Made by a program: the position numbers and the translations under genes. The notes below the pieces were generated by a model. That model did no database searches and was not told the origin of the DNA. It worked only from the letters and a program-made list of their open reading frames with translations. 64,000 nucleotides of DNA from positions 85,510 through 149,509 of the forward strand of contig JBBABY010000001.1 of the NCBI GenBank assembly GCA_041657425.1, read 5' to 3'. This DNA comes from an archaeon (lineage in GTDB: Archaea; Iainarchaeota; Iainarchaeia; Iainarchaeales; CSSED10-239). Numbering within the stretch: position 1 is the first letter of the stretch; each line of letters starts with the position of its first letter. This document shows, one piece after another, positions 18,905 to 28,661 of this stretch.

Positions 18905-20053
18905 TTATATTTTTGGTTCTATCATTTTTATGTAAAATGAAATAAATACAAATATTGTAGGCATTACAACTAAATATATTATTGTTAATAATGCTGGAGT
19001 TAATACGCCTGGCATAAACGAGGTACCGCCTTGCCCAATCGGAGCATTAGCGATTGCACTTAATATTGCTAAAAATACAGGCAATACGATTGCTACGAAA
19101 ATAAAAATAATCCCAAAGAAGTTCATCTTTTCTCCAAAGACTTTTGAAGACTCCATTAAATCAAAGGTAACTGTATCTGCAACCCCATCAATACTTTGAG
19201 AAAGATTACCACCAGTATTTAATGTTCTAACAATATGAAATATTGCAATATTGAAATTCTTAGATTGACTTCTAAGTGCCATGTGCCTTAATGCGGTTTT
19301 TGTGTCTGTTCCATTTTCAATTTCTATAACTGTTCTTGCCATTTCTTCAGATAAAACTCCATAATCATTCTTTGCAACAGACTGTAAAGTTTTATATAAC
19401 CCAATACCTGCTTGTAATTCTGTAGATATGTGTCTTAAAACATATGGTAGTTCAGTATCTATAAATATACCTCTCATTTTAGCTTTCTGCATAGGTACAA
19501 GATATGAAAACGAAATTAAAGATGTAAAGAAAATTCCAAAAACTACAAATGGAATAGTAAACAAAAATAACGGATTAACTATCGCAAGAATTACTATCAT
19601 TAAAAAAGTAATAAGTGTAGTTAATAAAAACGAATAAATTACAGACAAAACCAAATGTTGCACAAGTGTTTTTTTAATATCTGCAGAATAAAGATAAAAT
19701 GCAATCTTTCTTCCAAAACTTATTTTTAATATTTGTTTTACAATTGCATTAATTAAATCTTTAAATAATTTATAAATTTCTACAACCCCTTTATCTACTC
19801 CTGAATTTGCACCAGAGGTTAATTTTATTTCAGTATCAATATCTAATTTAGAAAGCTTACCTTCAGAAATTATATCTCTTAATTCTTTTAAGTGACCTTC
19901 AGAGACCGGGCCGGTAATCCCTTTAGCTCTATCTTTATCTTTAAGCTTATTAACAATATTCTGAACAGCATCTAAATCTACGCCAGATTTAGATTTACTA
20001 TCTTTATCTAATTCTTTCTTTAGAATATTTAATCTTTTATCTTCTTCTTGCAT
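18905..20053 (-). CDS. Type IV pilus membrane platform protein (T2SSF/TadB/FlaJ-like)
   Basis: 382 aa. T2SSF-like domain (LRHISTELQAGIGLYKTLQSVAKNDYGVLSEEMARTVIEIENGTDTKTALRHMALR) plus TM segments. Paired with the 302-aa paralog. Confidence 0.8.
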   Translation of the reverse strand: MQEEDKRLNILKKELDKDSKSKSGVDLDAVQNIVNKLKDKDRAKGITGPVSEGHLKELRDIISEGKLSKLDIDTEIKLTSGANSGVDKGVVEIYKLFKDLINAIVKQILKISFGRKIAFYLYSADIKKTLVQHLVLSVIYSFLLTTLITFLMIVILAIVNPLFLFTIPFVVFGIFFTSLISFSYLVPMQKAKMRGIFIDTELPYVLRHISTELQAGIGLYKTLQSVAKNDYGVLSEEMARTVIEIENGTDTKTALRHMALRSQSKNFNIAIFHIVRTLNTGGNLSQSIDGVADTVTFDLMESSKVFGEKMNFFGIIFIFVAIVLPVFLAILSAIANAPIGQGGTSFMPGVLTPALLTIIYLVVMPTIFVFISFYIKMIEPKI

Positions 20054-20062
20054 TTTTGTATA

Positions 20063-21844
20063 TCACATATTCATTTTATCTTTTGCATAATTTTCTTGAA
20101 TAGCTTTTGAAACATCATCTATTGATCTTATATTTCTTTTAACTAAATCATTTAAAATACTTATCCTTTTTTCTAAATTTGCTCTAATGTCTGAATCTGT
20201 ATTTTTGGTATAAGTTTTTATGATATCAAAATAGACAATCGGTTGTTCTGTTCTTTCTAAATTATCTGTTTGTGGGTTCCATCTAAAGATAATATTTGCC
20301 TGAGGACTATTTTCATAAACTCCGGAAATCTCTGCAATCTCAGTTATCCTTCTTACTTGTCCTTTTGCAGTATTTATTCTTTTTTCAACAATAATAAAAT
20401 CTAGACCAGCAAGCATCATCAATGGAACTTCCATTGGCGGAGACGTAATTCTGACAAGTGTTTCTCTTGCAGAATTTGCGTGAAGAGTTCCCATACAACC
20501 ATCGTGACCAGTATTCATTGCAGTAAACAAAGTACTTGCTTCTGCACTTCTAATTTCACCAACTATTACTCTATCAGGCCTCATTCTTAATGTGTTTTTT
20601 ACAAGCACTTCTAAGGTTAATTCTCCTGTGCCCTCTAAACCTGGGGGCCTTCCTTCAAAACGAATTACATGCTTAATTGGTAATTTCAATTCTGCAGTAT
20701 CTTCAATTGTTAAAACTCTATTGGAATCAGGAATGAAATTTGCAAGCACATTTAATAGTGTAGTTTTTCCAGAACCGGTTCCTCCAGAGATTATTGCATT
20801 AGCAGGCTTTGCTCCAAATCCTTCAACACAACACCAAAGAAATGCAGCGGTCTCTAAATTAAGAGTTCCAAAATTAATTAAATCCACAATTGTATATGGA
20901 TCTTCTCTAAATTTTCTAATTGTTATAGTTGAACCATCAATAGATGCAGGAGGGATCGTGGCATTAACACGAGAACCATCTGGTAATCTTGCATCAAGTA
21001 ATGGACTAGAGATATCTACTCTTCTTCCTAAAATTCTTGCTATCTTATCAATAATATCTTGCACTTCTTCGTCTGTATAAAATATTATATTAGTATACAT
21101 CATTCCGTAATCTTTATGATAAACATAAGTTGGTTTTTTTGGACCAATAATCATTATTTCTTCAAGCTTGTTATCGTGAATTAACGAATCTATCATTCCA
21201 AATCCAACCATCTCAGTAACTACTGCTTTTGCATAGAAGTCAAATAAGTGTTTTGGAACATTTATTTCAGGAGCATTTTCTAATATTTCTAAAATTTTTT
21301 GATAATAAAGATTTTGTCTTTGATTTTCATCTCTTATTTTATAAGGATCAGTCGTAACTAATCTTGTAGTTGCTTCTTTTAATGTATTAATAATTAATTT
21401 CTGGCTTGGACTAGGTTTTGGAATACTAGTTTTATAGTATAATAAAGATTCTCCAGGAACTCTATAAATTTCTGCATCTCCGTATTTTGTAACTAATTTA
21501 CCTGTTGACTCCCATTTATTAATTAAACTATCTGCTTCTTTTTCATCTTTAATATCGTCCATCATATTTTTAATTGATTCATTACTTGGCTTTGAAACTA
21601 AATTATTTATTTTTATTTCTCCAGTTGTTTTTGGTGGCGTTATAAATAGATCTTTTAAATTATCTAATTTCTGATCAGCGACATTTACCTCTACTTTTGC
21701 AGTGTTTGCTTTTGTCACAGAATCCAAAGATACTTGCGTAGATTTGGCTTCTTGTGGTTTAAGTGCGCTATCTTCAGTTACTTTTGTAACTCTTGCAACA
21801 TCTTTTGCCATTTGAGCTTTTAATTCATCTATGTATGATACCAA
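20063..21844 (-). CDS. Type II/IV secretion family ATPase (archaeal pilus assembly ATPase, FlaI/PilB/TadA-like)
   Basis: Walker A ISGGTGSGKTTLLNVL, Asp box/Walker B VLTIEDTAEL, RPDRVIVGEIR, His box MNTGHDGCMGTLHANS. Confidence 0.9.
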   Translation of the reverse strand: MVSYIDELKAQMAKDVARVTKVTEDSALKPQEAKSTQVSLDSVTKANTAKVEVNVADQKLDNLKDLFITPPKTTGEIKINNLVSKPSNESIKNMMDDIKDEKEADSLINKWESTGKLVTKYGDAEIYRVPGESLLYYKTSIPKPSPSQKLIINTLKEATTRLVTTDPYKIRDENQRQNLYYQKILEILENAPEINVPKHLFDFYAKAVVTEMVGFGMIDSLIHDNKLEEIMIIGPKKPTYVYHKDYGMMYTNIIFYTDEEVQDIIDKIARILGRRVDISSPLLDARLPDGSRVNATIPPASIDGSTITIRKFREDPYTIVDLINFGTLNLETAAFLWCCVEGFGAKPANAIISGGTGSGKTTLLNVLANFIPDSNRVLTIEDTAELKLPIKHVIRFEGRPPGLEGTGELTLEVLVKNTLRMRPDRVIVGEIRSAEASTLFTAMNTGHDGCMGTLHANSARETLVRITSPPMEVPLMMLAGLDFIIVEKRINTAKGQVRRITEIAEISGVYENSPQANIIFRWNPQTDNLERTEQPIVYFDIIKTYTKNTDSDIRANLEKRISILNDLVKRNIRSIDDVSKAIQENYAKDKMNM

Positions 21845-21857
21845 TTTTTCACCTAAA

Positions 21858-22820
21858 TTATTCTATTAAAATTATCTGGGCAATTAACGCCTCTAATTGT
21901 ATTCGATCATTAGCACCTTGTACTAATCTATAATTAAACTCTGCAATCTTATCTATTATTTTTAATTTTCTATCTGTACTTATCTTAGTATCTGGGTATG
22001 CAATTATTCTTTTATATATGTGACTTATTATATCTTCTCCAGATAACCCGTGATCAAACAATAATGTTTCAAGTACAGTCCTTGCTTTCATAAAATCTTT
22101 TACTAAACACGCATCAATTAAATTATTAATATCTTGTGGCTGAGCAGAATTTGAAACTACATATATGTCTTTTTCAGTTATGTTATCACTTGTCGAAGCC
22201 GCAGTTTGTAAAAGATTAATTGCAGTTCTTAAATCGCCTTCAGAAACCTCATTAATTGCAGCAATTGCTTCTTTATCAATTTTTATTTTTTCTTCTTTAA
22301 CAATATATTCGATTCTATCTCTTATATCTTCTTTTGTTAATGGTTTAAATTTAAATAAAGCACACCTACTCTGTATTGGTGGAATTAATTTAGAGGAATA
22401 ATTTGCATTTAAGATAAATCTAACTGTCGTTGTATATTTTTCCATGGTTCTTCTTAATGCTTGTTGTGCTTCAGAAGTTAAAGCATCTGCTTCATCTAAA
22501 AATATAATTTTAAAACTAGAAGTTAAAGCAATAGTTCTTGCAAAATCTTTTATTGCGCCTCTAACCACTCCAATCCCTCTTTCATCACTTGCATTTAATT
22601 CTAGAAAATCTTGAGAATATCCATCTCCAAACATTTCTTTAGCAAGAGCGATTGCGCAACAGGTCTTTCCTACACCTGGCGGTCCTGCAAACAACATATT
22701 AGGAATTGACTTGTGTTCTACATATTTTTTTAATTTAGACACAACGTGTTGTTGCCCAGAAATATCATCTAATCTATATGGCCTATACTTTTCGGTCCAT
22801 GGAGCTGATGATGCAATCAT
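21858..22820 (-). CDS. rfcS: Replication factor C small subunit
   Basis: PWTEKYRP, GPPGVGKT, IIFLDEADALT, PPIQSRCALFKF (SRC motif). Confidence 0.93.
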   Translation of the reverse strand: MIASSAPWTEKYRPYRLDDISGQQHVVSKLKKYVEHKSIPNMLFAGPPGVGKTCCAIALAKEMFGDGYSQDFLELNASDERGIGVVRGAIKDFARTIALTSSFKIIFLDEADALTSEAQQALRRTMEKYTTTVRFILNANYSSKLIPPIQSRCALFKFKPLTKEDIRDRIEYIVKEEKIKIDKEAIAAINEVSEGDLRTAINLLQTAASTSDNITEKDIYVVSNSAQPQDINNLIDACLVKDFMKARTVLETLLFDHGLSGEDIISHIYKRIIAYPDTKISTDRKLKIIDKIAEFNYRLVQGANDRIQLEALIAQIILIE

Positions 22821-22964
22821 AATTATTCAAATTAATATCTTATATTCTATTATATATTAGCTATTTTATTTGTCTAACAACTTGTTTTTAAATATATTCT
22901 TTTAATTTTCTAAACCATTTAAAACACTTTTGTGTAAGTATATATTATATCAAATGTGATTTTT

Positions 22965-23351
22965 ATGAATAAAATACTAAAAACAAGTATATTTTTTATT
23001 TTTGCTTATGTAATTGCTGAAGCAATTGTATACTTTTTATCAAAAGATAATTTCTTTACAAGCCCAATGTATATCTTACTTCCAATTGTGGGATTTTTTG
23101 GATTATTCTTTATAACTCCATTAATTGAAGAATATACAAAATGGAATGGCTGGGTAATATTTACTTTATTTATAGTAATCTCTTTATTTGCTTATTGGCT
23201 TGTTGCTTATATCTATGCTTATGAAATATATGTGGTACTAAATAATTCAACAGTTCCTAAAGACATTAGATTTTGGAATCAATTAATAACTTCTGCATTT
23301 TTTAGCTTTGTAATAGCCGGAGCCATTGGAATAATTGCTTCTAAAAAATAA
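22965..23351 (+). CDS. Small membrane protein (four TM segments), unknown function
   Basis: Hydrophobic segments. The first ATG, 9 nt after the GTG used by the ORF track, was chosen. Confidence 0.5.
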   Translation: MNKILKTSIFFIFAYVIAEAIVYFLSKDNFFTSPMYILLPIVGFFGLFFITPLIEEYTKWNGWVIFTLFIVISLFAYWLVAYIYAYEIYVVLNNSTVPKDIRFWNQLITSAFFSFVIAGAIGIIASKK

Positions 23352-23363
23352 TTTTGTTAAATC

Positions 23364-24596
23364 ATGTTTTCTATTTTTATTAAAACATTCGGTTGCACAT
23401 TAAACCAAAGAGATAGTCTAGATATCATCAAAGATATTTCTATAACATACTCTGAAAAACTTGCAAATATTATTATAATTAATACTTGCGGAGTAAAGGA
23501 ACAAACAGAGATTAAGATTTACAAATACATCAGAGACAATTTAAAAGATTTAAAAAATAAAGAAATAATTATTACCGGGTGTCTTGTAGATATTGATTCT
23601 AGCAAATTAAAGGAATTACTTCCTAAAGCTAAAATGTTTGGAATAAAAGACAAACCAAAATTATTAAAATATCTTGATCAATATAGAATAAAAAAGAATA
23701 ATAAAGAAAAATTAGAAATAAGCAAAATCATAATTATTGCAAACGGATGTTTGGGAAACTGTTCTTATTGCGCAGTTAAATTTGCAAGAGGCAAACTAAA
23801 AAGTAAAACTATTGAACAAATAACAAAAGAAATTAAAGAGGCATTAGCAAACGGCACAAAAGAAATACTTCTGACTGCTCAAGATACTGGTTGTTATGGA
23901 GTTGATATAAACACAAATATTGGCGAATTATTAAAAGAAGCAACGCTAATTTCTGGACAATTTAAAATCAGATTAGGCATGGGCAACCCCCAACATTTTA
24001 AAAACTACAAAAAAGAAATTGTTAACGCAATGAAGTCTGAAAAAATGTATAAATTCCTGCATGTGCCTTTACAAAGTGGAAATGATGAAATATTAAGAAA
24101 AATGAACAGATATTATTCTGTTAAAGAATATCTTGATTTAATTAATTATTTTAAAAAAAATATTAAAGGATTAACAGTAGCTACGGACGTCATTGTTGGA
24201 TTTCCTACAGAAACAGATAAACAATTTAAAGATACTTTAAAAATTATTGAAAAGTGCAATTTCGATATGGTCAATATATCTAGATTTGGACAAAGAAAAA
24301 ATGTTGAAGCAAACAACTACAAAGATTTACCTGGAGAAATAAAAAAAGAAAGATCTAGAATAACTACAGAATTATGTTTTAAAATTGCCTTAAAAAATAA
24401 CAAAACACAAATTGGCAAAACAAAAGAAATAATAATAGTAGAAAAAGGAAAAAATAACACTTGGATGGGAAGAACTAATGAATACTCTGCAGTTATTGTT
24501 TCGACCCCCTTCAAACTTGGGCAAATTACTAAATGCAAGATAATAGATGCAAAACGCGGTTATTTGATAGGAACTGTCAATTTAATAAAAAGTTAA
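23364..24596 (+). CDS. MiaB-like tRNA methylthiotransferase (archaeal/eukaryotic MtaB/CDKAL1 type)
   Basis: UPF0004 N-domain (IKTFGCTLNQRDS, NTCGVK), radical SAM cluster CLGNCSYCAVKFARG, C-terminal TRAM-like domain. Confidence 0.85.
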   Translation: MFSIFIKTFGCTLNQRDSLDIIKDISITYSEKLANIIIINTCGVKEQTEIKIYKYIRDNLKDLKNKEIIITGCLVDIDSSKLKELLPKAKMFGIKDKPKLLKYLDQYRIKKNNKEKLEISKIIIIANGCLGNCSYCAVKFARGKLKSKTIEQITKEIKEALANGTKEILLTAQDTGCYGVDINTNIGELLKEATLISGQFKIRLGMGNPQHFKNYKKEIVNAMKSEKMYKFLHVPLQSGNDEILRKMNRYYSVKEYLDLINYFKKNIKGLTVATDVIVGFPTETDKQFKDTLKIIEKCNFDMVNISRFGQRKNVEANNYKDLPGEIKKERSRITTELCFKIALKNNKTQIGKTKEIIIVEKGKNNTWMGRTNEYSAVIVSTPFKLGQITKCKIIDAKRGYLIGTVNLIKS

Positions 24597-24690
24597 TTAT
24601 TTAAAAAGAATTCTATTTATATATTATATAAACTAAGTATAGTTATTATAAAAATATGGAAAGACAAGTATTAAATAAAAAGGGATTATT

Positions 24691-25404
24691 ATGAGTATGG
24701 ATATTGCAGTTGCTTTAAAAAAATATTTACAAAATATCAAAATGGTTTTTGCGTCAAGTTTATTATTAATATTTACTTTATTTTTAGTAAATCCATTATT
24801 TAGTATATCTGGTGGAAGTCTAAACTTAACCTATAATCTTCTTAATCAAGATCCATTAATTATAATATTAACTGTTGTCGCATTTATTGCAATTGTTTTT
24901 GCATATACTTTATTACAAACAATTACAGTTTACAAAGTTGAGAGAGAATATGATTTTGAAAATAAAAACTCTACAGAAATTAGAAGGCCATTTCTAGAAC
25001 TATTAAAATTTAATATTTCTTTTTATTTATTATTATATATTGTCCTTTGTTTTTTATTTGATTTTGAATTATTAAACAACATTTGGATTAATATTGTATT
25101 ACTAATAATAACTTTAGTATTCTGGTTCATCCCACAAATTATAATTATGGAAAAACAAACTGCAGAATATGCACTTATCATAAATGTAAATTATATTAGA
25201 AAGAATTGGTTATATTTTTTATATTTATTTGTAACGGTTTTTATCTTGACACTTCTAACTTACATCATTGACGTGCTATTTGGAATATTTGCGGGGCCAA
25301 TTGTAGCAACCGTTTTCTTTGTGGTGTTTGTAATACCATTTATTGAAATCTTAAAAACCGAGGTGTACTTAGATAAATATGATCTATTAAAGCCAATGAG
25401 ATAA
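24691..25404 (+). CDS. Polytopic membrane protein, unknown function
   Basis: 237 aa with five to six hydrophobic helices; no recognisable motif. Confidence 0.5.
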   Translation: MSMDIAVALKKYLQNIKMVFASSLLLIFTLFLVNPLFSISGGSLNLTYNLLNQDPLIIILTVVAFIAIVFAYTLLQTITVYKVEREYDFENKNSTEIRRPFLELLKFNISFYLLLYIVLCFLFDFELLNNIWINIVLLIITLVFWFIPQIIIMEKQTAEYALIINVNYIRKNWLYFLYLFVTVFILTLLTYIIDVLFGIFAGPIVATVFFVVFVIPFIEILKTEVYLDKYDLLKPMR

Positions 25405-25441
25405 TTATAAAATATATAAAAACTAAAAAAAGAGAAATAAT

Positions 25442-25912
25442 ATGCAAGTAATTGATAAAATTGACAAATACATTATTGAACAATTAGCAATAAATGGGAG
25501 AATTTCTTTTGCAAATATCGCCAAAGAAATCAATCTAACAGATGTTGCAATTAAGAAAAGACTAGATAGATTAATGCAAAGAGGTATAATTAAATCAATT
25601 AGTGCAGAAATTGATTATGAAATATTAGGATTTAATGAAAAAATAGAAATACTTATCTCTATTGACCCTGCAAAACAAAACGACATTCTTAAGAAATTAA
25701 AAGACATGGAAGATGTTAAAGAAGTTGTGGAAGTTACAGGGGAATATAATGTTCTTGCAAGAGTCATGGCACTTGATAAATCAGATCTTAAAACATTGCT
25801 CGATAATATCTTTAAAGTTGATGGAATCACAAAGATAAGCATACTTACAATTTTAAAAGAACACAAAAATAGTAAAAACCTTCCAAGAAAAATATTACAA
25901 ACTACATTCTAA
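25442..25912 (+). CDS. Lrp/AsnC family transcriptional regulator
   Basis: N-terminal HTH (DKYIIEQLAINGRISFANIAKEINLTDVAIKKRLDRL) plus a RAM-like C-terminal domain. Confidence 0.85.
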   Translation: MQVIDKIDKYIIEQLAINGRISFANIAKEINLTDVAIKKRLDRLMQRGIIKSISAEIDYEILGFNEKIEILISIDPAKQNDILKKLKDMEDVKEVVEVTGEYNVLARVMALDKSDLKTLLDNIFKVDGITKISILTILKEHKNSKNLPRKILQTTF

Positions 25913-25922
25913 ATTGAAAAAA

Positions 25923-28211
25923 ATGGACTTAATAATTTCAGAGAAAAGCATTGCAGGACAAAGGATTGCAAACATTCTCTCTAAGGGCAAACTTACTACT
26001 GTTATTGAAAATGGGGTAAATTGCTTTTCTTTTAATTACGACGGAAAAGATACTCTTGTAATACCTTTAAGAGGGCACATCAGTACTGTTGATTTTGTAG
26101 GAGATAATAATTATTGGAACATCTACACTCTTGACCTTCTTGCAGAAAAAGAACTAACTTATCTGCAAGTTGAAAAAAACATTATTGCTTGCCTAAAAAA
26201 AAAAAGACCGGGTTTAGAAAATATAGTTGTTGCAACAGATGCCGATAGAGAAGGAGAAGCAATTGGTGTCGAAGCATACAACTACGTTATTGAAAATAAT
26301 AAAAACACTAAATTGCACAGGGCATATTTCAGTGCTTTAACTGAAAGTGAAATCTTTGAATCTTGGAAAAATTTAAGAAAGGTTGATTTTAATTATGCAG
26401 ATTCTGTTTTTGCTCGCCAAGAAGTTGATCTTCTGTGGGGTGCAATATTAACTAGATACCTGTCAGTCGTTGCAAACAGAAAAGGAAAACAATTTATTTC
26501 TGCTGGAAGAGTTCAAACTCCACTTTTAAATTTCATAGTTGAAAGAGAACTTGAAAGACTAAAGTTTGTTCCAGAGAAATATATTGAAATAATCGCAAAT
26601 TTTGAAAAAGATAAAATTAAATTTTCAGGAGCTCACAAAGATGGAAAAATCTTTGAGATTGAAAGAGCTAAAAAGATATTTGAAGATATCAAAAATGAAA
26701 AAACAGGAATAGTTAAAGCAGTTTCAAAAAAAGAAAAAGTCTTACAAAGACCTGAACCGTTTAATACAACTAGTTTTCTTAGAGCGGCTTCAAGCGTCTT
26801 TGGGATAAGCACTAATCAAGCAATAAATTATGCTGAAAGCTTATATCAACAAGGACTACTTAGTTACCCTAGAACAGATAACACAGTCTATCCTGCAAGT
26901 GTCAATCTAACCGAAATTGTTAATCTTGTTGCTCAAGATAAAGATTACAAAGAAGTGGCTAAAGAAATACTCTCTAAACCACTTAATCCATCAAGAGGAG
27001 AAAAAGAAACAACAGATCACCCTCCAATCTATCCAGTTGGCTATTCTAATAAACTAAACGGGGGAGAACAAAAAATTTATGATCTTGTTGTTAGAAGATT
27101 CTTAGCAACACTTTACAAAGATGCAAGAACAGAAAATATTTCTGCAATTATTGATATTAAGAAAGAACCATTTATTGTTAATGGGCAAACCATTATCGAA
27201 CCTGGTTGGAAAAAAATATATTATTTCTCTAAACTTAATGAAACAATACTTCCTGATTTAAAGAAAGAAGGCCTAGTTCCAATTATTGATATTATTAGAG
27301 ACGATAAAGAAACAACGCCACCTAGCCATTATACAGAATCTGGACTTATCAAACTAATGGATGAACAAAACCTTGGTACAAAATCTACTAGGCCAGTAAT
27401 AATTAAAAAACTAAGAGACAGAGGATATATCCAAGGGACTAAAAGCATTACTGCAACTAATATTGCTATTGCTGTTTGTTCAGTTCTTAATAAACACTGT
27501 GAAACTATAACTAACCCTAAACTTACTGCCACAACTGAAGAAGAAATGGATCTTGTAGCTGCTGGAAAGAAAGCAAAAAAAGACGTTGTTGACGAAACAA
27601 GAATTATACTTAAAGATATTATTAAAATATTAGTTAAAGAGAAAAATGAAATATCACAAGAACTTAGAACTGCAACAAGAAGTGATTCAGTTCTTGGTAA
27701 ATGTGTTCAGTGCGGAAAAAACGATTTAATTGTAAGAATAAGTAAAAACAATAAACAATTTGCTGCTTGCTCTGGTTATCCTGCTTGTAAGAACACCTTT
27801 CCGCTTCCTCAAAAATATAAAGTTGAAGGAACAGGAAAAGTCTGTGAAGAATGTAAATACCCAATTATCAAGATACTTACAAGACGTGGAGGAATTGAAG
27901 TTTGCTTAAACCACAAATGTTCAAAAAGAATTGAACAACAAAAAGAATACGAAGAAAGAATAAAAGAGAAGAATGAACAGAAAGAAGAAAGAGCAAAAAT
28001 AAAAGCAGTAAAGACTGAAGAAAAAGAAAAACTTAAAATCCAAAAAGCAGAAGAAAAAGAAAAGCTAAGAGCAGAGAAACTAAAACTTAAAGAAGAAAGT
28101 AAAATTGTGCGCGAGCTGAACGAAACCAGTTCTGCAAAAGTAAAGGCTACAACCGCTAAAAACGTTAAAGAAAAAACCCCTGCAAAAGTGTCTGCCAAAA
28201 AAATAAAATAA
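25923..28211 (+). CDS. topA: DNA topoisomerase IA (archaeal TopA/Topo III-like) with C-terminal zinc ribbons and a Lys/Glu-rich tail
   Basis: Toprim (LIISEKSIAG, VVATDADREGEAIG), active-site Tyr context GLLSYPRTDNT, Zn ribbons CVQCGK..CSGYPACK and CEECKYP..CLNHKC. ATG at 25923 chosen over the TTG at 25914. Confidence 0.9.
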   Translation: MDLIISEKSIAGQRIANILSKGKLTTVIENGVNCFSFNYDGKDTLVIPLRGHISTVDFVGDNNYWNIYTLDLLAEKELTYLQVEKNIIACLKKKRPGLENIVVATDADREGEAIGVEAYNYVIENNKNTKLHRAYFSALTESEIFESWKNLRKVDFNYADSVFARQEVDLLWGAILTRYLSVVANRKGKQFISAGRVQTPLLNFIVERELERLKFVPEKYIEIIANFEKDKIKFSGAHKDGKIFEIERAKKIFEDIKNEKTGIVKAVSKKEKVLQRPEPFNTTSFLRAASSVFGISTNQAINYAESLYQQGLLSYPRTDNTVYPASVNLTEIVNLVAQDKDYKEVAKEILSKPLNPSRGEKETTDHPPIYPVGYSNKLNGGEQKIYDLVVRRFLATLYKDARTENISAIIDIKKEPFIVNGQTIIEPGWKKIYYFSKLNETILPDLKKEGLVPIIDIIRDDKETTPPSHYTESGLIKLMDEQNLGTKSTRPVIIKKLRDRGYIQGTKSITATNIAIAVCSVLNKHCETITNPKLTATTEEEMDLVAAGKKAKKDVVDETRIILKDIIKILVKEKNEISQELRTATRSDSVLGKCVQCGKNDLIVRISKNNKQFAACSGYPACKNTFPLPQKYKVEGTGKVCEECKYPIIKILTRRGGIEVCLNHKCSKRIEQQKEYEERIKEKNEQKEERAKIKAVKTEEKEKLKIQKAEEKEKLRAEKLKLKEESKIVRELNETSSAKVKATTAKNVKEKTPAKVSAKKIK

Positions 28212-28257
28212 AAAGTAAACTAATTCTTTAGAATAAAAATAATCAACAATAATAACT

Positions 28258-28497
28258 ATGCAACTAAAAAATAAAAAAATCAATCTATTTATTGGACTTA
28301 AAAAGAAAGACTTAGTTACAAACATTACTAAGAAACACGCACTTGAAGTAATTAGTAAATGTCTTAAAAAAATAAAAGTAACTGACTATAATATACATTT
28401 CATTTCTGGATTTTGGAATGCAAAGGCAGAAAAAACACTATATATTAGTTTTATTAATACTGAAAATATTGATTATAAACAACTAACTCAAGAATAA
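28258..28497 (+). CDS. Small hypothetical protein; the reading frame appears interrupted near its 3' end (see findings)
   Basis: 79-aa ORF. A sensible continuation (INAIKKELDQEAILVEIIAADYAFL*) follows in the -1 frame up to 28571. Confidence 0.4.
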   Translation: MQLKNKKINLFIGLKKKDLVTNITKKHALEVISKCLKKIKVTDYNIHFISGFWNAKAEKTLYISFINTENIDYKQLTQE

Positions 28498-28661
28498 ATG
28501 CAATAAAAAAAGAACTAGATCAAGAAGCAATACTTGTAGAAATCATCGCCGCAGATTATGCGTTTTTATAAATTATTATCTAATACGTTTGCTATGATCT
28601 TTAATTCTATTGTAGTGCAGTTTTTAAATTATTTCTAACATTGTATATATGTGAAAAAGTA

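Noticed and set aside
27809-28325. Two overlapping minus-strand ORFs (129 and 81 aa) and an apparent DNA repeat at the end of topA.
   Set aside because: They are antisense to the Lys/Glu-rich low-complexity tail of topoisomerase (EEKEKLK repeats). The repetitiveness is codon-level (aaagaa) low complexity, not a distinct element.
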